A DNA stretch of 55,331 bases from the IMG/VR virus record IMGVR_UViG_3300016469_000360, positions 1 through 55,331 of that record, one strand, 5' to 3'. Under the pieces are notes generated by a model. The model saw nothing but the letters and a program-made list of their open reading frames with translations. It was not told where the DNA came from and made no database searches. Made by a program: the position numbers and the translations under genes. The stretch is from a virus. Lineage: Duplodnaviria > Caudoviricetes. Each line of letters begins with the position of its first letter. Position 1 is the stretch's first letter. Shown here one piece after another: positions 10,601-19,099 of the stretch.

Positions 10601-13346
10601 CGCAGAAGAATTTGGCCAGTCGATCAGTGAGCAACTGGGGGTGTCTGGCAAGTTCGACATGAACAAGGCCTTGGACTCTCTGGCTATCGGATCATTGCTT
10701 GAGTCTTCTACCGCTGGTGGCATCTCTGCGGGTCAAAACATTCTTGCTGGGCAAGCTGGAGTCGGTGGTGGTCCTGGAGTTGTCGGCGGCTTGACTACTG
10801 GAGCGCCGAGTGGTGTCACTGCAGGTACGACGAGCACTGCGGGGACGGACATCACTGTCGGTGGCGACGTGGCCCCGGCCGGCACTGGTACGGGTATCAC
10901 GATCAGCGACATCGTTGGCGGACTGCCTGCAGGAGCGGGCGCGGACATCACGATTGGTGATGTGACCGGTGGTCTGCCGGCGGTGTCTGGCGACGTGACT
11001 ACTGGTGTCACGGCTGGCCCAGGAACGACTGCCGACGTGATCGCGGGCACCGATGTTGTTGGTGGGGTGACTGGTGACACGACTGGTGGCTTGCCGGCAG
11101 TGTCTGGCGATGTCTCAGGTACTGCGGGCGTGGCTACTGGAGCTACAGCAGGCACGACCACGGGCGCCCTGCCAACGGTTACTGGAGACACCGCGGCTGA
11201 CATCGTGGGCCCAGGTGCGGATGTTGTGACAGGAACTGCTGGCGATGTCACGACTGGCGGCCTCGACGCTGTGACTGCCGGCGATAAGACGACTCAAGCC
11301 GGTGAAACGCCGAGCGATGGCACGACCGGCGGACTGCCGACGACCACGACGACAGGTACTAATCCGATTACGGGTGGAGATGTCACGGTCACGGCCGATA
11401 CCTCGACGGGCACGTCCACGACGACAGAGACCAACGCCGATACTGGGACCACGACAACCACTTCGGCCGATCCTGTCTCAGGACTGTCCACGGTGACGCA
11501 GGCAGACACGAACTCGGGGGTGACCACTGAGACTGCGACCGACACAAACACGGGCGCCAGCACCTCGACGCAGACGAACGCGAACACTGGCACCACCACG
11601 GAAGTGGCGGCTGATCCTGTCTCGAACGTGGCCACCGAGGTTCAGACAAACTCCAACACGGGAACCACGACTGAGGTTGCAACCGATACCAATACTGGAA
11701 CAACAACCCAGACCGAGACGAATCCGAACGCGGGCACTACTACTACAACAGAAACCAACCCTGACACTGGTACTACCTCTCAAACTGAAACCAATTCCAA
11801 CACCGGCACTACCTCTCAAACTGAAACCAATTCCAACAACAATACTGCAACAACTACTGAGACAAACGCCAACACAAACACTCAGACAGAAACTAATACT
11901 GATGCCAATACTGGAACAACTACTCAGACTGAGACTAATACCAACACCAACACAACTACGCAAACCGAGACGAACTCAAATACTGGGATAACGACGCAGG
12001 TCGAGACCAACCCCAACACGAACGTCACGACTCAGACTGAGACGAACCCGAACACAAACACCACGACGACGGTTCAAACCAACCCTGAGACGAACACCAC
12101 GACTGTCACTGAGGTCAACACCCAGACCAACGTCAAGACCGAAACGACGACTACTCCTGAGTCCACCACGGTTGTCGAAACCGATCCGAACACTGACACC
12201 AAGACGACGACGATCATCGACACCAACACGGGCCAGACAACGAAGATTGTTGTCGATCTGCCGACTAACCGTGTTATTGATGTCCAAGCTGAGGAGCCTC
12301 CTCCCGCGGGCGGCCTGCCGACGGTTGGTGGAGCAGAAGCCCCGCCTCCGCCTGCGGTCACGTCTACCGTATCTGCCCCTGCTCCAGCGCCCGCTCCAGC
12401 CCCTGCTACGGCACCCGCACCTGCTCGGGTCGTGGCGCCACGTGCGATGGCTGCAATCGGCCTGGGGGCGCAGTTCCAGCCATACTGGCTGCAGACAGGC
12501 CCGACGATGATTGGTAGCGAACTTCAGCAAGATCCCATGCAACTCGCCGAGCTCCAAAACATCTTTAGCCAGATCAGCCCGGAGATGATGTCCATCCTGA
12601 CCGCGCAGCGCGGCCAGCCTGCAGCCCCGGTTGAGCCTGCAGCGGCGCCGCCAGTCGAGGCTCCAGTTTCCGGCCTGGACTTGGCGGGCTACGCCAGCGG
12701 CGGATCCACGAGTTCGTGGAGCGAGATGTGGGATCCCCTGACGAAGATGCAGGCCGTCTTCGCGCCCCAGGGCCCGGTGATGCTCGGCGGTCAGTCTCAG
12801 CGCCGGCAGCCGAAGAAGCTCACGCCCCTGCGCCAGATCAGCGAAAGCCAGTTCGAAGACCGGCCCTACGCCATGGCGCGTGGTGGTCTTCCCCCGCAGT
12901 ACAAGCACGCCGCGCCCGAGGGGCACAATCCTGAGTTCATCACCGGCCTGACCGGGTTCTACGCGCAGGGCGATGGCACGGGCCAGTCCGACGACATCCC
13001 GGCGATGCTGCACGAGGGCGACTACGTGATGGACGCCGACACCGTGGCAGCGCTTGGAGACGGCTCCAGCAAGGCCGGCCGGCAGGTTCTGGACCAGTTC
13101 CGCACCCAGGTGCCGCACCGCATGGCAGTCGGCGGCAAGGCAGTCCCGGCCCAGATCGCGGACGGGGAGTACGTTTTCCCGGCCTCCTTCGTCTCTGCTC
13201 TAGGTGGAGGCGACAACAAAAAGGGGTCTCAGATGCTTGACCACATGCGTCAACAGTTGAGAATGCACAAACGCTCGGCCCCTGTCAGTAAAATACCGCC
13301 GAAAGCCAAATCTCCGATTGAATATTTGTCTGGCAAGAAGCAGTAA
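7614..13346 (+). CDS. Giant (1910 aa) putative internal virion / DNA-ejection protein
   Basis: Long ORF, Ala/Gly-rich hydrophobic stretches, Thr repeats, C-terminal SDDIPAML..GDYV domains; position after nozzle gene. Confidence 0.7.
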   Translation: MNNRLATEEEMESASLGGLPSSSAFPEYILGLAGVRRPIDPLTGLAYQTEVGGAPMLGWFGQQLRVGDGVVYEGDRPVFGLSGRQVMRALPSQYGPSIERPGGEDMSRYTPEALVGWTPPAPAAAAPITPTAPAWQPLAETLTNIWQQAGIDPTMAGINRAEELAKILTNYGITDLSKLGLRDVTYTGYEPESYGEGENIAFTGAMLPVEQTGKQLTYGDQAFGYLGGFGSSGQEEFGQQPYGLEQYLQGPDLLAWSAAGKGNVSYKAVQTPEGQTVIVPVWGSSSDWGDFREVARLAATLASAGGAGAALGASLGVTGAAAQAAVGNAILGGIASGDAKGALLGGVGGLLAGSELIGNTASQVGSSVAEATGSAALGSAASNAVTGMAAGLPGAIASGNFGDLLASGLKSLVPTGISELTGLSPQQIQGGLNIARGIESGNISQILSGANTFINSPNVEVAASAARLVSAIQSGNISAIANAARGLDTSLNNYKNAQAITAAYGPAGQASRVAEGQDVVDRATDYLGGLPTSTPAGGTTADVIAATQPAGTTAGTAVTQLTGGSSLTEMEPGAGGYGPIGTAGTAGTTTGATTGAATTGGLPQLGTITQNALQHQAAEVIARLHPGQNLSWVDQGVLALGAAFIRAQGEQGFENLLRYSRDTGTPLSHVEPPSELGDVLNIEDVVRQKFSIQPPAGTRFIAPGETPDSYGYTPSGQPVGLKTVINVTGKSVSDEEAGRIAAQTRGDEFFGASSPEELQDIEGAEGTRVAGDPGVLGSVVQATVAPFAKGAGEIIGYLGTGAEALGLRDNILQRAGGNLTSYGVGITPRRVLEQQDNIIDAISKADGALGKLAAAVSAGVMNPLGLLDWTVSEGFQELFPLGTAATIGRGLTTATRLRYGDALANRMGITAAVGTNAAMDAGESALASYQSVYNELKNRGYSDEAAASAASKSAAASGLITLFTSAVSERPIVEAITRNLPTAIGRNMLREGVFGGAEEFGQSISEQLGVSGKFDMNKALDSLAIGSLLESSTAGGISAGQNILAGQAGVGGGPGVVGGLTTGAPSGVTAGTTSTAGTDITVGGDVAPAGTGTGITISDIVGGLPAGAGADITIGDVTGGLPAVSGDVTTGVTAGPGTTADVIAGTDVVGGVTGDTTGGLPAVSGDVSGTAGVATGATAGTTTGALPTVTGDTAADIVGPGADVVTGTAGDVTTGGLDAVTAGDKTTQAGETPSDGTTGGLPTTTTTGTNPITGGDVTVTADTSTGTSTTTETNADTGTTTTTSADPVSGLSTVTQADTNSGVTTETATDTNTGASTSTQTNANTGTTTEVAADPVSNVATEVQTNSNTGTTTEVATDTNTGTTTQTETNPNAGTTTTTETNPDTGTTSQTETNSNTGTTSQTETNSNNNTATTTETNANTNTQTETNTDANTGTTTQTETNTNTNTTTQTETNSNTGITTQVETNPNTNVTTQTETNPNTNTTTTVQTNPETNTTTVTEVNTQTNVKTETTTTPESTTVVETDPNTDTKTTTIIDTNTGQTTKIVVDLPTNRVIDVQAEEPPPAGGLPTVGGAEAPPPPAVTSTVSAPAPAPAPAPATAPAPARVVAPRAMAAIGLGAQFQPYWLQTGPTMIGSELQQDPMQLAELQNIFSQISPEMMSILTAQRGQPAAPVEPAAAPPVEAPVSGLDLAGYASGGSTSSWSEMWDPLTKMQAVFAPQGPVMLGGQSQRRQPKKLTPLRQISESQFEDRPYAMARGGLPPQYKHAAPEGHNPEFITGLTGFYAQGDGTGQSDDIPAMLHEGDYVMDADTVAALGDGSSKAGRQVLDQFRTQVPHRMAVGGKAVPAQIADGEYVFPASFVSALGGGDNKKGSQMLDHMRQQLRMHKRSAPVSKIPPKAKSPIEYLSGKKQ
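11395..12240 (+). repeat. 36-nt / 12-aa period Thr-Asn tandem repeat (roughly 20+ degenerate units)
   Basis: Units like TTSQTETNSNTG; exact 31-nt repeat at 11772 and 11808. Confidence 0.9.
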
Positions 13347-13427
13347 TGTTTTGGCATATGTTTCAAGTAACTTTGAAATAAATGCCAACAGCCATCGCAA
13401 TTAAAAGATTGGCTCTAAAAGGAAAAC

Positions 13428-14819
13428 ATGATGGCCGCAAATACTTGGTATAACCCAAGCCTTGGCAAATCTTTTGACCTTGCGCCGGGATATACTCCTC
13501 CTGCAAAAGAGGGATGGATTCAAGGCCCTGGTCCGAATGTGGCGGCGACAACGCCTTCGTCGCCTTTGTCGCCACCTGTCACATCGACGGGTCCTGTTAC
13601 TGGCGGGGGAGTCGCGCCTGCACCTACAATCGTAGGTAGCCCTTCTTCAGGCGCCACGTCTGCAGGATCAAACACAGGAAGATCTATGTCGAACCTGCTG
13701 CAATCGTCCCAAACCCAGGCAACCAAAGCCCCAGATTTCTACACTGACTACCTTTCAGGACTTGCTGGGAGGGGTCAGGCTGCGCAACAGGCGGCGCAGT
13801 TCATCGGCGAACAACCGCTCCAGACCCAGGCTTTCCAGACCATTGGTCAGACAGCTGGACAGTACCAACCTATGGTGGGTACTGGGGCAGGTCTGGTGCA
13901 GGCTGCAGGGGCTCAGGACATCACTGGTGCAGCGCAGCCCTATCTGTCGGCCGGAACGGCAACGAGTCCTTTGGCGGCCATGGCTCAGTACGCGCAACGC
14001 GCAGGAAGCAGTCCGGCCGAGTTGGCGCAGTCGTACATGAACCCGTTCGTGCAGTCGGCTGTCCAGTCAATGTCCGACATCGCACAGCGCAACCTTCGGC
14101 AGAACCTCTCGCCTGCAGCCACAGCCGCCGCGGTTGGGTCTGGTCAGTTTGGATCTCAACGAGGTGCCCAAGTCCTCGGGCAGATCCAGCAGCAGGCCCA
14201 GCAAGATCTCAACGCCCAGATCGCGCAGATGCTTACCTCAGGGTATGGGCAGGCTCTGCAGGCTGCAGGCCAACAGCAGGCCCTGCAGGGGCAGTTGGCG
14301 GGTACGGCATCTCAAGCCCAACAGGCCGCCAATGCAGCCCAACTGCAAGCCGCTCAGACCGCAGGTCAGACCGCGGCTCAACAGGCCGCTGCACGGCAGG
14401 CTGCAGGTCTGGGCATGGGAACTCTGGCTGGGGCTGGCTCAGGGATCAACCTTGCGAACATCAACGCCCTGGCGACCCTCGGCGGCCAGCAGCAGCAGAT
14501 CCTGCAAAACCAGCAGATGTTCCCGCTCACGACGCTGTCGAACCTCGCGAGCCTCCTGCAGGGCTACCAAGTGCCCACGACGGTGGAGACGCAACTCAAC
14601 ATGTCGCCTCTGTCGGCCCTGGGCGCTGTGGGCTCTGGCCTGGGCGGCCTCTTCCAGGTTCCGGCAACCGGAGGCACGAGCCTCTTCGAACAACTCACTG
14701 GGTACAAGAACTTGCCCGGCGCGATCGGCGCAATCGGAAACTGGTTTGGTGGTCCGACTACGGATACATCAACTGTATTTGGGGGAACCGATCAGACCGA
14801 TTACGGCGGTGGCATCTAA
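13428..14819 (+). CDS. Putative DNA-ejection / pilot protein (Gln/Ala-rich)
   Basis: YMNPF, AVGSGQFGSQRG motifs and Q/A-rich helices typical of podophage ejection proteins. Confidence 0.7.
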   Translation: MMAANTWYNPSLGKSFDLAPGYTPPAKEGWIQGPGPNVAATTPSSPLSPPVTSTGPVTGGGVAPAPTIVGSPSSGATSAGSNTGRSMSNLLQSSQTQATKAPDFYTDYLSGLAGRGQAAQQAAQFIGEQPLQTQAFQTIGQTAGQYQPMVGTGAGLVQAAGAQDITGAAQPYLSAGTATSPLAAMAQYAQRAGSSPAELAQSYMNPFVQSAVQSMSDIAQRNLRQNLSPAATAAAVGSGQFGSQRGAQVLGQIQQQAQQDLNAQIAQMLTSGYGQALQAAGQQQALQGQLAGTASQAQQAANAAQLQAAQTAGQTAAQQAAARQAAGLGMGTLAGAGSGINLANINALATLGGQQQQILQNQQMFPLTTLSNLASLLQGYQVPTTVETQLNMSPLSALGAVGSGLGGLFQVPATGGTSLFEQLTGYKNLPGAIGAIGNWFGGPTTDTSTVFGGTDQTDYGGGI

Positions 14820-14831
14820 CAGGAATACACG

Positions 14832-16415
14832 ATGGCGACGAACCCTCCTCAAGCTCTCCCTCTGGAGTACCCGTCCTCCTTTCAGGAGAAGCCCGCCTTC
14901 GACCCGGCAAAGATCAACCCCATGGGGGTGGGCAAGTCGCGAGAGGTTACGCAGGCCTACGAGGACGCTCTGAAGGCCCAGAAGGACCTTGCCGATCGCC
15001 TGGAGCAACGCTTCGCCCAACCCAACTGGTGGAAGATCGCCGCGGGCTTCGCAAAGCCGCAGCTGGGGGGCTTCCTGGCTTCTCTGGGCAGCGCCTCGGA
15101 GGCTATGGGCCAACAGGTCGAGGCTCAACGCGCGATTGCGCCGACGATTGCCCGGATGCGTGCGGAGATCGCCGCGGGTCAGTTGCCCCTGGCGCAGCGT
15201 CGCGAGCAGGTGAAGATCCTCGACAAGGCCAAGTCCGAGAACCGACCGCTTACCCCGGATGAGATCCAAGAGGTCACGGCGTACGGTGAGTCTGACATCG
15301 CCAAGGCGGCGATGGATTGGCACCGGCAAGCGCAGGCGCGGCTGGATCTGGTTCAGAGGGCCGTAGGTGCCATGGGCAAGGACCCGAACATGCCTTTCCA
15401 GGACTTCGCCAAGCTGCAGATGACCGAAGGGGCGGATCCGAAGAAGGTGCAGGACGCCCAGAAGAGCTACGAGGACACACTCAACAATTCGCGTCCCCCG
15501 CAGATCGAGCCGGCGCAGTGGGCGGCCATGCCGCGGTACGACAAGATGGAGGCGGTGACGCAGTACGCGCGTGCACAAAGGGAAGCCGGCAGTCAGGCCG
15601 AGACCGCCCTGCAGCAGAGTGCGCAGCAGGCGCCGTCGCAACTGTCGCTGCTCGGGTCGATTCGCGACCTCGCGATGGGCGTGGGCCTGAAGGAGACGAC
15701 GGACCCGAAAACCGGCAAGGTGGTCACTGGCCAGCAGCAGATGGATGCCCTTCTGGGGATGTTCACTGGCAGCAACCCGATCGAGGTGATCGCCCGGGCG
15801 GCCGCGGACGGAAAACTCGGAGACAAACTGGCAGAGATTGACAAGTACGCGCGCCAGTTGCAGATGTCGCCCCAGGCGCTGGATCAGTTCCAGAAGCTGA
15901 TGAAACTCCTGGCCGAGAACCAGATGACGCTGCGCAACGGCACGGTGAATCCGACCGATGCGTCGATGGCTATGCAGCAATTGAGCTCGCCGAACATCGG
16001 CAACACTCAGCGCGCCCTGGTGACGCTGACCGACCTGATGGCGCATGGTGCACAGCACGCCATCTCGAAGTACCAGTACGTGGTCCAGAACAAGGTGCCC
16101 TTCCGGATGCTGGGCATCGATGAGGGCTACCTGGGCAAGCTGCGCGACTACGCCCAACAGCACCGCCAGATCGCCACGCAGAGCCCCACGGTTGAGTTGC
16201 CGGCATGGTACAGCCCCACGTATTCTCCGAAGCCTCTTGGAGGTGCCCAGACGTTCCCTGTGCCCTCTGCATCTCCCTCTGCTCCTGCAGCCCCGGCCGC
16301 AGCGGCGCCGACCCCGGCGCGGACTGCGCCACCTTCCCGGCCGGCAGAGCGCAAGATCGGGAATCAGACCTGGGTGAGGCAGGCTGATGGGTCCTGGCGG
16401 CTCAAGGAGCAGTGA
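14832..16415 (+). CDS. Putative internal virion / ejection protein
   Basis: RBS AGGA; helical; AAGFAKPQLGGFLASLG motif; module context. Confidence 0.65.
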   Translation: MATNPPQALPLEYPSSFQEKPAFDPAKINPMGVGKSREVTQAYEDALKAQKDLADRLEQRFAQPNWWKIAAGFAKPQLGGFLASLGSASEAMGQQVEAQRAIAPTIARMRAEIAAGQLPLAQRREQVKILDKAKSENRPLTPDEIQEVTAYGESDIAKAAMDWHRQAQARLDLVQRAVGAMGKDPNMPFQDFAKLQMTEGADPKKVQDAQKSYEDTLNNSRPPQIEPAQWAAMPRYDKMEAVTQYARAQREAGSQAETALQQSAQQAPSQLSLLGSIRDLAMGVGLKETTDPKTGKVVTGQQQMDALLGMFTGSNPIEVIARAAADGKLGDKLAEIDKYARQLQMSPQALDQFQKLMKLLAENQMTLRNGTVNPTDASMAMQQLSSPNIGNTQRALVTLTDLMAHGAQHAISKYQYVVQNKVPFRMLGIDEGYLGKLRDYAQQHRQIATQSPTVELPAWYSPTYSPKPLGGAQTFPVPSASPSAPAAPAAAAPTPARTAPPSRPAERKIGNQTWVRQADGSWRLKEQ

Positions 16416-17689
16416 TGGAATCCCTGGCGGACTACAACAACAACCCCGGCAATCTGAAACCCCCCAAAGGGGTTACCTACGAGGGCCAGATCGGTGTTGA
16501 TGACAAGGGCTTCGCCATCTTCGAGACGCCGACGGCTGGCCGTCAAGCGTTGGTCAACGATGTTCGCGTCAAGATGCGTCGAGGGCTGAACACGCCCGAG
16601 GCTTTCATCGACCGCTACGCGCCTGCCGGGGACGAGAACCCCGAAGAGGCGCGCGAGAATTACAAGCTGCACCTTGCCACCTCGCTGGGCCTCAAAAGCA
16701 CTTCGGACCCGTTTCCGGAAGACGCGATTGAGAAGCTGGCGGACGCGATCCACCAGTTCGAGAGTGGCCAGCGCAAGCCTCCAGAGCCCGCCAGAGCGCC
16801 TGCAGAGACTACATTGGAACCTGGGGCTGTCCTGGAGCCTTCTGATCGGTCTCAGATCCCAGGAGTGTCTGAGGGCGTGAAGGTTGGTGCGGGGCTGGCT
16901 GGTGGTCTGGCCGGCCTGGGGATCGCTGGTAGCCTGGAGACGGCCCGCAAGGTCAGCCCGCTGCTGCCAAACGTGATGCGAACGGTGGCCCGGCAGGCCA
17001 TGGACCCGAGCGAGCCGATGAGCCGCATGGCGCTCCAGAAAGGCCTGCAGAACTACCTTAGCAGCCAGATCTCCCCGAACATCAAGTTATCCCTCACGGA
17101 GCTTGAGAGGCTTGTGGGCACCAAGATTCGGACCATGTCCGAAGTACAGCAGGCTTTGAAGGCGATCCAGACGGTGAAGCCGGAGCGCGCACCCGTCACG
17201 AGGTCGGTGGATCCCGAGACCAAGATGGCCCGGAAGATCTACCGCACGACGCCTGGGCGGCCGGGCGTGGATCTGTCTGCATACGAGGTTGCTCCGCGTG
17301 GCCCTATTCGTGCGGCCATCGGGCGCGAGGCGCAGGCCGCCGGCGAGCTCATGCGGGGTGTGGCGCCTTCTATCGGCCGGGTGGCCCTGGGCGGCTTGGG
17401 GGGCGTCTCTGCGGCCACGCAGGGGTACGACGCCTACGAGCAGTTCCGCAAGGAGGGCATGTCGCCTCGCACGGCGTCCAAAGCTGCAGCAGCGCTTGGC
17501 GGAGGACTGATGATGTTGCCATTCGGGATCACACAAGGTGCGGGGATGGCTCTTCAGGCGCCGGAGATGGCCATTTCGACTTATGAGCTCCTGCGCGAGG
17601 CGCAGAAGCAGCGTCAGAAGGAAATCGAAGAAGGCGGCCTTCCTCCGATTTCGCCGACCATGGGCGAGGTAAACCCCTACGGTCAATGA
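16412..17689 (+). CDS. Internal virion protein with N-terminal lysozyme-like (NNNPGNL) domain
   Basis: YNNNPGNLK...GFAIFETP..GRQAL...IDRYAP..EN motif of virion-associated muralytic domains. Confidence 0.7.
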   Translation: MMESLADYNNNPGNLKPPKGVTYEGQIGVDDKGFAIFETPTAGRQALVNDVRVKMRRGLNTPEAFIDRYAPAGDENPEEARENYKLHLATSLGLKSTSDPFPEDAIEKLADAIHQFESGQRKPPEPARAPAETTLEPGAVLEPSDRSQIPGVSEGVKVGAGLAGGLAGLGIAGSLETARKVSPLLPNVMRTVARQAMDPSEPMSRMALQKGLQNYLSSQISPNIKLSLTELERLVGTKIRTMSEVQQALKAIQTVKPERAPVTRSVDPETKMARKIYRTTPGRPGVDLSAYEVAPRGPIRAAIGREAQAAGELMRGVAPSIGRVALGGLGGVSAATQGYDAYEQFRKEGMSPRTASKAAAALGGGLMMLPFGITQGAGMALQAPEMAISTYELLREAQKQRQKEIEEGGLPPISPTMGEVNPYGQ

Positions 17690-17742
17690 GTCATGCCGGC
17701 TGTCTCCCCGGCATGAGGGCCTTTTGCAGTTGAGGCTCTCTT

Positions 17743-17776
17743 GGCCCCCCTCCCTCACGGAAGGGGGGTTCTTTTT
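17743..17776 (+). terminator. Rho-independent terminator between convergent operons
   Basis: GGCCCCCCTCC...GAAGGGGGGTT stem followed by CTTTTT. Confidence 0.75.
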
Positions 17777-17844
17777 CAGTCTGGCTGAGAGAACACGAAC
17801 AGAATCACGGCGATTGCCACGCCGATGAGCATCATATGGATCAT
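17776..17844 (-). CDS. 22-aa hydrophobic peptide MIHMMLIGVAIAVILFVFSQPD
   Basis: ATGA overlap with upstream stop, RBS-like AAGGGA, single TM helix. Confidence 0.5.
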   Translation of the reverse strand: MIHMMLIGVAIAVILFVFSQPD

Positions 17845-18065
17845 GGTGTTCCCTTGATCTCGGCGAGTTTGTCCGCCACCAGGGTGTTGAGGGACCTCAC
17901 CACCTTAATGCACTCGGATCTCTCCTCGCGCACGATCTTCGGCCGCGCTGCATCGACGAACCGGTTGGCCAGTTTGATGAGGTCGTCCCGGTCGAACTGG
18001 TAGTTCTCTTTCAGGTTCGCATTCACGAACACCTCGACGATCTCCTGGTCGGTGAGGTAGCTCAC
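17841..18065 (-). CDS. Hypothetical protein (LTDQEI N-terminus)
   Basis: GTG start overlapping upstream TGA. Confidence 0.7.
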   Translation of the reverse strand: MSYLTDQEIVEVFVNANLKENYQFDRDDLIKLANRFVDAARPKIVREERSECIKVVRSLNTLVADKLAEIKGTP

Positions 18066-18319
18066 GCCTTCCTCCCCGGCTTGCCGCGCGGCGTGCCGTC
18101 CTTCTTGTAGCCCCAAGGCGCAGACGCATCCTTGCCTTTCTTGGGCGCAATCTTAGGCATTTCAGAAGCGGTGATGGTCACGGTTTCTTCCGGCTTCGGC
18201 ACCAGTTGAGAGGTGACTTGTGCAGTCACGGATCCCAGAAGAGCGTTGGAGCGAGCTCGGATGGACTCGATGATGAATGGAAAGTCAGACGAATCGATAG
18301 TAATCGTCACAGTGCTCAT
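18062..18319 (-). CDS. Hypothetical protein with C-terminal APWGYKKDGTPRGKPGRK basic motif (possible DNA binding)
   Basis: RBS AAGGA; AT-hook-like basic tail. Confidence 0.75.
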   Translation of the reverse strand: MSTVTITIDSSDFPFIIESIRARSNALLGSVTAQVTSQLVPKPEETVTITASEMPKIAPKKGKDASAPWGYKKDGTPRGKPGRKA

Positions 18320-18328
18320 TAGTTGTCC

Positions 18329-19099
18329 TTACAGGCAGTTCTTGAGTTTCCAGAATTCCAGAAGATGCTTGAACATCTCCCAGCCTCGCTCGAGGTCACC
18401 CGGGTTCCACTCGACGATTCGAATGACCCCCGGGTGGGTCCGCGACACGAAGACGTTGGCGCACCGGGCCTCTGGCATCTCCAGGCCATGTCGGTACGCG
18501 GCAAGCTGCATCAGGTGCTCATCGTAGGCATCGACCTTGTCATCAGGGCCGAAGTCTTTCGTCTTGGTATCGATGACGATTGGCACCTTCGTTGAGTGGA
18601 TGTCCACCTTCCCCCCGAAACCCAGGGGGCTGGCGAAGGCGGCCTCGACGATCCAGGGATAGTCGAACGGCACATTGAAGTAGGCCGAGATCTCCTCGTG
18701 GAAGGCCGTGACTGTGGAGCGGTGCTCCACTGGGGTGGTCTTGCCGGCGAGGTGGGACTCGATCGATTCGTGGATGTACGTTCCCTTGTCGGCAGCTGTC
18801 CTGGCGGACTCCTTCGAGTCGTGGACAATCCGCTGGATGTAGTCCGTCTCCGACTCTGCGGGATCCCTGGGGAGGGTCAGGGCCGCCAGGAGCATCTGCT
18901 CCAGCTTCCACTGCTCCAGGCCGGGCTTGGCCATCACCTTGAGAATGGTCGTGACAGAAGGAACCAGATTCAACGCCCGCGCGTCCCTAAGGGTCGTGGG
19001 GCGGTCCTGACCGTTCTTTCCCTTCACCGTGTACTGAGGGGTCCCATCCTTGCGATACCAATGGACGGACTCAGCGGATCTGACAATGATCGTGCTCAT
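18329..19099 (-). CDS. PD-(D/E)xK exonuclease (Cas4/RecE-like phage recombination nuclease)
   Basis: PSVTTIL, GTYIH, GGKVD, IDTKT, QLAAY motifs. Confidence 0.88.
   Translation of the reverse strand: MSTIIVRSAESVHWYRKDGTPQYTVKGKNGQDRPTTLRDARALNLVPSVTTILKVMAKPGLEQWKLEQMLLAALTLPRDPAESETDYIQRIVHDSKESARTAADKGTYIHESIESHLAGKTTPVEHRSTVTAFHEEISAYFNVPFDYPWIVEAAFASPLGFGGKVDIHSTKVPIVIDTKTKDFGPDDKVDAYDEHLMQLAAYRHGLEMPEARCANVFVSRTHPGVIRIVEWNPGDLERGWEMFKHLLEFWKLKNCL

Noticed and set aside
11680-12000. CRISPR-like array suggested by 36-nt periodicity
   Set aside because: Units are contiguous, degenerate and in-frame coding, with no unique spacers; no cas operon (the Cas4-like nuclease sits in a recombination operon)
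7614-13346. Tape measure protein of a long-tailed phage
   Set aside because: No major tail, tail chaperone or baseplate genes recognised; flanking adaptor, nozzle and pilot-like genes fit a podovirus ejection protein better
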